Shown here: piece after piece, positions 46,587-54,887 of the stretch
Position numbering within the stretch: position 1 is the stretch's first letter
Layout of the letters: every line of letters starts with the position of its first letter
DNA from: Octopus bimaculoides
Lineage: Eukaryota
DNA: 54,887 bases
NCBI RefSeq assembly: GCF_001194135.2
Contig: NC_069008.1
Span: 11,627,427-11,682,313, forward strand
Direction: 5' to 3'
Notes under the pieces: model-generated
Databases searched by the model: none
Told to the model about the DNA's origin: nothing
What the model saw: only the letters and a program-made list of their open reading frames with translations
Translations under genes and position numbers: made by a program

Positions 46587-48101
46587 TCACACATCATGAT
46601 GAACACTGATATGTCTATTTAGATGACACTTGACAGCAAATGATTTACCACACACATCACAGTGGAATGGCTTCTCTCCTGTATGTATACGTTTATGAGA
46701 TGTGACCTGACCAGCTCGACAGAATGATTTACCACAGATATCACAGTGATATGGTTTCTCTCCTGTATGGAGACGTTTATGAGTAGCTAAGCTACCCCAC
46801 TCAGAGAATGATTTACCACAGATATCACAGTGATGTGGCTTCTCTCCTGTATGAATGTGTTTATGTCTAGTTAAGGCACTATTTATAGAGAATGATTTAC
46901 CACAGATATCACAGTGATATGGCTTCTCTCCTGTATGAATACGTGTGTGAGTAGTTAAATGACTATTTAGAGAGAATGATTTACCACAGATATCACAGTG
47001 ATATGGCTTCTCTCCTGTATGAATACGTCTGTGAGTAGTTAACTGACTACTTTCAGAGAATGAATTACCACAAATATCACAGTTATGTGGTTTCTCTCCT
47101 GTATGAATATGTCTGTGTACAGTTAATTTACTATTCGTAGAGAATGATTTACCACAGATATCACAGTTATATGGTTTCTCTCCTGTATGAATGCGTTTGT
47201 GAATAGTTAAGCTACTACTTTGAGAGAATGATTTACCACAGATATCACAGTGGTATGGCTTCTCTCCTGTATGAATACGTGTGTGAATAGTTAAATTACT
47301 ACTTAGAGAGAATGATTTACCACAGATAGCACAGTGATATGGCTTCTCTCCTGTATGAATACATTTGTGTACAGCTAACATACCATTCCGAGAGAATGAT
47401 TTACCACAGATATCACATTGATATGGTTTCTCTCCTGTATGAATACGTCTGTGAGTAGTTAACTGACTACTTTCAGAGAATGATTTACCACAAACATCAC
47501 AGTTATGTGGTTTCTCTCCTGTATGAATATATCTGTGTACAGTTAATTTACTATTCGTACAGAATGATTTACCACAGATATCACAGTTATATGGCTTCTC
47601 TCCTGTATGAATGCGTCTGTGACTAGTTAAGTGACTACTTTCAGAGAATGATTTACCACAAATATCACAGTGATATGGCTTCTCTCCAGTATGAATACGT
47701 CTGTGACTAGTTAATTGACTACTTCCAGAGAATGATTTATCACAAATATCACAGTGATATGGCTTCTCTCCAGTATGAATACGTCTGTGACTACTTAATT
47801 GACTACTTCCAGAGAATGATTTACCACAGATATCACAGTGATATGGCTTCTCTCCTGTATGAATACGTCTGTGAGTAGTTAACTGACTACTTTCAGAGAA
47901 TGAATTACCACAAATATCACAGTTATGTGGTTTCTCTCCTGTATGAATACGTCTGTGTACAGTTAATTGACTATATGTACAGAATGATTTACCGCAGATA
48001 ACACAGTGATATGGCTTTTCTCCTGTATGAGTACGTCTGTGAGTAGTTAATTGACTACTTACAGAGAATGTTTTACCACAGATATCACAGTTATGTGGCA
48101 T
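46587..48101 (-). CDS. C2H2 zinc-finger ORF, 504 aa, 18 tandem fingers; the ancestral N-terminus (ATG 48276) is out of frame
   Basis: 18 uninterrupted 28-aa units with TGEKP linkers; AATAAA about 30 nt after the stop (46552-46557); acceptor ttttctttttatttcAG at 48568-48569; one more finger lies in frame upstream (48173-48102). Confidence 0.88.
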   Translation of the reverse strand: MPHNCDICGKTFSVSSQLTTHRRTHTGEKPYHCVICGKSFCTYSQLTVHRRIHTGEKPHNCDICGNSFSESSQLTTHRRIHTGEKPYHCDICGKSFSGSSQLSSHRRIHTGEKPYHCDICDKSFSGSSQLTSHRRIHTGEKPYHCDICGKSFSESSHLTSHRRIHTGEKPYNCDICGKSFCTNSKLTVHRYIHTGEKPHNCDVCGKSFSESSQLTTHRRIHTGEKPYQCDICGKSFSRNGMLAVHKCIHTGEKPYHCAICGKSFSLSSNLTIHTRIHTGEKPYHCDICGKSFSQSSSLTIHKRIHTGEKPYNCDICGKSFSTNSKLTVHRHIHTGEKPHNCDICGNSFSESSQLTTHRRIHTGEKPYHCDICGKSFSLNSHLTTHTRIHTGEKPYHCDICGKSFSINSALTRHKHIHTGEKPHHCDICGKSFSEWGSLATHKRLHTGEKPYHCDICGKSFCRAGQVTSHKRIHTGEKPFHCDVCGKSFAVKCHLNRHISVHHDV

Positions 48102-49442
48102 CTCTCCTGTATGAACACGTCTGTGAGTTGCTAAGTTACTTTTATGAGAGAATGACCTTTTACAAATATCACAGATATAATATTTTCCCTTTCACTTTCT
48201 TAATATAATTGGGGAAATTTATTCTTTGCCACTGTGTATTATATTGGACCTTGTTTTCATGTATTTCATTTTCCATTATTCTTTATCTCTTTCTCTACAA
48301 TATAGAGATTTCTTTGCTTCTGCTATATTTCCATCAACTGTAATCTTGATTAATATTTGAATATACTGCAAACTCCTTTGTAATCCAATTTTAATTTGAA
48401 TATGAAATCATCTTGTACACATTCTAGACAGAGAAGCCAGGAAATTCTGCTGTTAACCTCAACTATTTGATGGTAATGTTTTCCATAGAGTCTTTCTGTC
48501 TTTAAAGGATGATAAATATTGATGGATCTCAGGTAAATAATTCTTTTATGGCAACATCATCTATATTCTGAAATAAAAAGAAAACAAATATAAAATATAG
48601 GGGATATCTATATAAAAACTAGACATTTTACTACATTTCTCTTAACTTTTATTTGTTTCAGATTTTTGGCATAAACTTAAAAGTAGCATTTCAATTTAAC
48701 AACCTGAAAAGGGTGAAAGACAAACCTAATCTCCAATGAGGTGTGCAAAGAGAGAGAAAAAATGCTGTCAAGCATTTTATCTGATGGACTAAGGATTCCA
48801 ACTGCTCCCCACCTTAAGAATAATGAAAAATCCTTTCTAATATAGGCACAAGGCCTGAAAATCAGGGGATGGGGATAGTTAATTATATTGACCCCAGTAC
48901 TTAGCTGGTACTTATTTTTATAGATCTCAAAAGGATGAAAGGCTTAAGCACCCCTTTAAAACCCTTCATAACTAATTTTCTTTTTTTTTTTGTAATTTTC
49001 AGAAAACTTTTGTGAATTTGTGTTCTACACACGGGAATTCGTGTGATTATAACAAAAAACAGTTTCTTTTAAATTCGACTTTTTTAATTTTGGAAATCTT
49101 TTGAAATCCAAGTTCGCAATGTTAAAAATATTCACACATATGCACGGCCTATTATGGATTCTGGACCCATGATTAGTTACATGTACCTCATGTAACTAAT
49201 CATAACGCTTGTTGGCATTTTCAGAATTATTTAATGAATTTGTGCTCTACACACTGGACCTCGTACAAATGTGCAAAATAAATATTTTTCAATTAAAATT
49301 TTCTCATTCCTCATCCTACCCAATAATCCTTATGGATACTCAAATTAGACTTAACCCACATCAATCACATAGGCATTGGAGAGTCTGAGATAATTGCTGG
49401 GATTTATCCATAGGGATTTAAAAAAGGGTATATTCCTTTATT

Positions 49443-49835
49443 CTCTTACTTATTTCAGGCGTTTGATTGCGGCCATGCTGGAGCACCACCTTTAGTCGAA
49501 CAAAGTGATTTTAGGACTTATTCTTTGTAAGCCTAGTACTTATTCTATCGGTCTCGTTTGCTGAAGTGCAAAGTTACAAGGACACAAACACAGCAACATT
49601 GGTTATCAAGCTATGGGGGGAGGGAGGACAATGACAGACATTCAAATATATACATATATATATATATTTATATACACACATACGATGGGCTTCTTTCAGT
49701 TGCCGTCAAGCAAATCCACTCACAAAATTTTGGATGGTCTGAGGCTATAGGAGAAGACACTTGCCCAAGGTGTCATGCAGTGAGACTGAACCCGGAACTT
49801 TGTGGTTGGAAAGCAAGCTTCTTATCACACAGCCA
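49443..49835 (-). mobile_element. Full-length tRNA-head SINE with internal (TA/CA) microsatellite and Nin-like 3' part
   Basis: Collinear with 52127-52512. Confidence 0.85.
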
Positions 49836-49974
49836 CTATAAGTAAAAGATTATATATATACAAAAGAGAGATTCTGTCCGTTTGCTTGTCCACCAAAATG
49901 AAAGTAAATGGTTCAAGAGAAGCTATTAGGGGTTTTCTATATCTCCTATTATGCTATTGCCTATTTCATCTCAA

Positions 49975-50195
49975 CAAAAATTATGCAAAGGTACAACACT
50001 GAGCACAAACCTATAAGGAACTGCACCGAGGTAAATATGCTCACTGATTGTGGTAAAGGTGACATCATCTTCATTCCTTGCATACCAGTTATACCATCTA
50101 ATGTCCCATTCAAATTTAATCCCTTACATAAGCATTAATAAAATTCAGGGCCAAACACTGAAAGTTGCTGGGTTGCAACTTGAAGAACAAACAGA
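49975..50195 (+). mobile_element. Helitron helicase C-terminal fragment
   Basis: LCKGTTL...CGKGDIIFIPCIPVIPSNVPFKF...INKIQGQTLKVAG. Confidence 0.8.
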
Positions 50196-52126
50196 AGTTC
50201 GTATATGAAACCCATCTCTTTTCTACTTCAAATTATTACGTTTCTCTCTAATATAGTACAGACATACAGGACAAGTAAACCTAAATCTGTAACTGTCGTC
50301 TCACCCTGGTTCAGATTCAAAACTGAATCTTTCACTTCTTGAGTATACAGCTTATTCAAATGAGTCTTCCTCTTCACCTTTGGCCTTCTCAGTGCCATCA
50401 CACAGTCACCTGGATTCCATAAAGCTATTATTCTATATAATATACCAATTTTTCTAGCTTCTCGGCCCAAGAAACAGTAACAGTAATTACCTGATCAATG
50501 ATGGGTATTACTGTTAGTTTATAATAATAGCATACTTTTCTGTTAGTAAATTATTTTTCTCACACAATACAGACACACTCGCTTGGTGCAGTGAGGGGTT
50601 TGTAAGAATTTGAATTACAAAACGTTTTTTTTTTTTTCAGCACCCAGCAATGGACCATCCTCTGCACATCATCATTGCCCTGTATGTATTTATGGGGACA
50701 AAGTATTGAAAAACATCAATGCATGTCAGAGCGATAGAAAATGAGGAAGGTACAGTGCGGGCGTAGGATGTGCTAAAAACTGCAGCTAAATCTCTATTAA
50801 ATCACACACCTTTTCATCTGAAAATGATTTTGAAATTATAAACAGAAACAAAGGGTGGAATTGGACTGTCTGCATTTTGAAACTATGATTTTAAAAACTT
50901 CCGAGAAAGAGTGGAAACTTAAGGATTTAGTAGGGATGAGATGAAAAAATGTTTTAAAATTTTCTTTTGCATAATCGTACGAATTCCCGTATGTATAATA
51001 ACAAATTCACAAAAATTTTCTGAAAATTGCGAAAAAATATATAAGTTATGAGGAGATATATGAAGTGCTTAAACCAGAATTTCACCGCCATTTTCCCTCA
51101 GTGTCTAATTCCAATGTCCACCAAAAATTGGTTCGTAAAATTTCAAATTAAAAAAAAAAAAAAAAAGATATACCCTGAGGCCTTTTACTAGAACACAAAC
51201 AGAAACACATAAAACATCCGTTCATTTTCACATTTAGAGAGCGAGATGGCTTGGGTGATTTTTGGTCAGAGTTTTTCATAAAGAAATTTGAAATTAAAAT
51301 TTGAATTTGTTTATATTTTCTATATTCTTAATCACTGTATTTTCCCACGTAGATTTAAGGGGGAAAAAATTCGAAAAAAAAGTTTTTCTAAAATTTTAAA
51401 AAAGAAAGTTTACAAAAAAAGGACCAAACAAACAGATGTCGTAGAAAAAGGAGACGACCTATACCAATGTAGATGTTGTTTCTTTTAATAATACTTACAT
51501 ATTAATATAGAGCCAATGATGAAGATGTCACAAAATATTCAAGTAGTCACAACTCAGACTGGACCATCACAGCGACAACACATTTTCTATATTTTACAAC
51601 AAACCTTCGTTTAGATTTTTCACATCGACATAATGAAGAAAGCTGTAGTATTATCTTTTCATAGTTAATTAGCAATCATCTCTAATTAACTGGATCACTT
51701 AAATGTCAGTTGTAAACTAGATCTGTCCTAGAAATTAAAGATGCTTATTACACAATAGAATACTCTTGGAACATTTAATTATTTCTCTGCTTTCAACATA
51801 AGTCTTTAAATATGTCCTGGTTTCGTTGATATATATTTTATCTTCTAAAAGGTGGAAATGTAAGAACTCGCGCGCTTTATTATTGTCTACATGGTTAAAA
51901 ACGGTGTTAAAACATCTATGTCCCTCACATTGGTATGTTCCGTGTGTTTCAATTACTTTCCTCGTTTTTAGAATAATTTTAGGGTTTGAGAATGAAAATA
52001 AATCAATATTAGATTAATGACGAAATTCTGCTGTCATTATTGTGTAGAAACATTTCTATGTAACGTGGTGAAGGTTATTACTTTGAATTATATTTTTATG
52101 AGTTTCATTTTTCTCTCTTTTACGCT

Positions 52127-52512
52127 TTTACTTGTTTCAGTCATTTGACTGTGGCCATGCTGGAGCACCGCCTTTAGTCGAGCAAATTGACCGCAGGACT
52201 TATCCTTCGTAAGCCTAGTACTTATTCTATCGGGTAGTTTTGCCGAACCGCTATGTTACGGGGACGTAAGCACACAAGCATCGGTTGTCAAGCGATATTG
52301 TGGGGATGAACACAGACACACAAACATATATATATATATACATACATACGACGGGCTTCCTTCAGTTTCCGTCTACCAAATCCACTCACAAGGCTTTGGT
52401 CGACCCGAGGCTATTGTAGATGACATTTGCCCAAGGTGCCACGCAGTGGGACTGAACCCGGAACCATGCGGTTCGTAAGCAAGCTACTGACCAGATAGCC
52501 ACTCCTACACCT
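52127..52512 (-). mobile_element. Full-length tRNA-head SINE with internal microsatellite
   Basis: Head ...GGTTCCGGGTTCAGTCCCACTGCGTGGCACCTTGGG on the minus strand; same family as 4941-5079 and 49443-49835. Confidence 0.88.
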
Positions 52513-52573
52513 ATATATTGTAGATAAAACGAATGTTTTTTTTTAGGGTAACATTGTAATATATTCCAAACAT

Positions 52574-53022
52574 GGTAATCTTCCAGTTTAAGGAGGTAAA
52601 AAAAAAGGAAATAAAAATACAAGGGAAATAACTTAACGTCTTACTAGTATTAACCGTACTACTCTGAAATGTGTTTTTTTTTTCTTGACTGTTTATAAAT
52701 AAATCACACATGTGATTGAAGTTAACTGTTTATATATAAATCACACACGTGATTGAATATCATTGTACCGGCTGCACAACAACTTATGGTAATCTTCCAA
52801 TATAGGGCAATAACGGTCAAACTAAATCGTTTGACCCGAGCTCAAAAATAAAAAAAATTAGTATAATAGGTGTAAAACAACTTGCTGCGAATGAATATGA
52901 AGAAAAAAATGCGCGCTCGCGAACGGGTGGGTGGGGGAGAGTACGATAATACTAGTAAGATGTTAAGTTATTTCCCTTGTATTTTTATTTACTTTTTTAC
53001 CTCTCAAAACTGGAAGATTACC
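52574..53022. mobile_element. MITE with ~80-bp TIRs (GGTAATCTTCCAG...)
   Basis: 52574-52652 is the reverse complement of 52947-53022 with few differences; an internal partial TIR copy lies at about 52788. Confidence 0.82.
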
Positions 53023-53903
53023 TCAAAACATTATACTTCAGCAAATAAAAAAGCGTAATGTTTAATAATGGTACTCGTTAAATCAATTTTATGATCTTAT
53101 ATTTTACGTTTCGCTTCAGTTATTTTAACGATGTCTACATTTGTAATTTCTCCATTCATTCTCAGTCTGTTATCAGTGTCACGTCCAAATTGTTCAGGGA
53201 TTCCACTGACTCGGAAAGTCCAAAGAATGTTTCGTCATCTTCATTCGATGAGTTCAGTCGTTAGGTAAACATTTCGGTAAATTTTGATACTTTCACTAAG
53301 GAAAAAAGATATTTCTCTCTCCCTGTTTTTCTGCACAGGATCATACTTCCAAACGGAAATGTTGATCTGCTTTTTATAAAAATCTGAAGTTAAATCGTTA
53401 TATGTGATATAAAATAAATTACAGATTTGGTGAACATTAGTCATTTGAACCCCTATGTTGTTGTTGGTCAGATATCGATATTAATTCAACTCTCCATCGC
53501 TTAGTTTGTAATCGGTGTTTAAACAAATTTAAACAATATCCATACAAATAAGAAGGCACGAATATTATTGCAATCTAACTTTCGCAATACCTGTTTTTGT
53601 TTTCTTTTTTTCTTGAAGAAATTTTCATGTGTACCTTTTCGTAATAACTATAAGCCACTCGTGGTCAGCATTTAGAAGTCAAAGTAGGCGTGATGCGAGA
53701 ATGGTTGGTTGACACTTGGTCTATGTTAAGAATATCCACGAGAATAAATGTTTAGTAACTTTTGAGGGTGAAAGACCGGCAAGTTTTTTTTAATTCATTT
53801 TTCTATTAATCTACGTTCATTGGAGGAAACTACAAGTTTGCATCAGATGTCTACACAATAATACATTGTGGTTTAGAGAATGAACTGGATGGGTTATTTT
53901 TTA

Positions 53904-54235
53904 GGTACTTTTTGGTTATCTCACCCCCATATAAAAATTAGGTTATTTTCCTACTAAAAAGTTGATTCTATGTGGCGGCAAGAGATTGGATTAAAAGGGT
54001 CAGCTCCTTTTGATTCAATATATCAACACATTGTAGGCTTTTGGCCCCCTAAATAGGCATGATATGATTTGTTATAAAAATGTTATTAGATTCAATAAGA
54101 TGTTTAATTTTTTCAGTTATCCTGTTTATTAATTTTATCTTGTTTTCTTTGTTTTATTGGGGTTTAAACAATTTTTTTTTAGTTGGGGGAGATAACCGAA
54201 TTTTTTTAATGGGGGTGAGATAACCAAAAAGTACC
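53904..54235. mobile_element. MITE with perfect 27-bp TIRs (GGTACTTTTTGGTTATCTCACCCCCAT)
   Basis: 53904-53930 versus 54209-54235 is an exact reverse complement; no clear TSD. Confidence 0.85.
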
Positions 54236-54715
54236 GAAATACGATGTCACTACTGTTCATATCATCTGCGGTGAATATTTTTAAAGGATAATATTAACAG
54301 CAGTAAACATAGCAGGTTCAAAAGTTCTAATAGCATTATATGGCCATAAAATTTAAAGTTAGTACAAGGCGTAAGAATTCAGAAACAGCATCGACCTGTT
54401 TTGAGATATGAGCTAAATTCAACAGCTAGAAAGCACCAAATAACAGAAAAACAACGGTAGGCGAGGAAACAGATAAAGAATTAAGACATAAAAAAGCATA
54501 CCTTTAAAGAACATGTTACTACAGTTAATATTGTCATTTAAAAGTGAGAGACTGTGCGTGGCATTCCATTAAATAACAAGTTAAATCACATAATATATAT
54601 AAGCACAAACAAACAGAAAACAGACACAGAAGGTTGCCAAATCATCATCATTTATCAACGAAAGTATCTATGCAATTTTGCGCCTTCAACGATAATATTG
54701 TTCCCCTTCTTTATA

Positions 54716-54742
54716 CATATATATACATACACACACACACAC

Positions 54743-54796
<54 letters not shown>

Positions 54797-54844
54797 TAAA
54801 TTCAAATTACGATGAACGTAAATAAACGAAGTTTGCTTTTAGAA

Positions 54845-54887
<43 letters not shown>
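54716..54887. repeat. (TA)/(CA) microsatellites
   Basis: Read directly. Confidence 0.93.

Larger units (their letters stand above)
48946..51070. mobile_element. Two inverted ~125-bp transposon-like ends with TTAA at the outer edges (possibly one old element)
   Basis: 48946-49070 (TTAAGCAC...TTTTCAGAAAA.TTTTGTGAATTTG...CGGGAATTCGT) resembles the reverse complement of 50950-51072, roughly 70-80% by eye. Confidence 0.5.

Noticed and set aside
31736-48101. Assigning gene symbols or a KRAB/BTB/SCAN domain to the ZNF genes
   Set aside because: No effector domain is visible, and these look like lineage-specific finger arrays without recognisable orthologs.
46587-48101. CRISPR-like or satellite array from the 84-bp periodicity
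   Set aside because: The periodicity is fully explained by 28-aa C2H2 repeats in a eukaryotic gene.
53100-53800. Possible pogo/piggyBac-like coding remnant on the minus strand (SNEDDETFFG, SVNQPF)
   Set aside because: Only two short motif echoes with many stops; not supportable.

Overview
This is eukaryotic, AT-rich, gap-containing draft scaffold sequence, most likely from an octopod cephalopod. That assignment is an inference from the tandem single-exon C2H2 zinc-finger genes, the SINE families and the very dense microsatellites. Host genes are all on the minus strand. (1) A multi-exon leucine-rich-repeat (LRR) secreted/membrane protein gene: a signal peptide + LRRNT exon at 21588-21786 with a GA instead of GT donor, and a clean 72-nt LRR exon at 8020-8091. 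(2) A 14-finger C2H2 gene (31736-33013) followed by about 1.2 kb of decayed fingers. (3) An 18-finger C2H2 ORF (46587-48101) whose ancestral N-terminus is frameshifted and whose present ATG sits in a mutated linker (TGEKP to TGEMP). The rest is mostly TE debris: Tx1/L1, several Penelope-like (PLE) fragments, CR1/Jockey-group, RTE and HERO-like LINEs, Tc1, maT, MULE, Merlin, Helitrons, MITEs and SINEs. The strongest observation is a decayed Gypsy element with about 2.36 kb of sense-oriented 28S rRNA embedded in its integrase region, flanked by two diverged copies of a ~260-bp integrase segment. This is the structure expected if a reverse transcriptase switched templates and captured rRNA. Two minimal PLE-type hammerhead ribozyme motifs also occur, one in a tRNA-head/(AAT)n/hammerhead composite. 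All calls were made by eye; family names, identities and many TE boundaries are approximate and need database confirmation.
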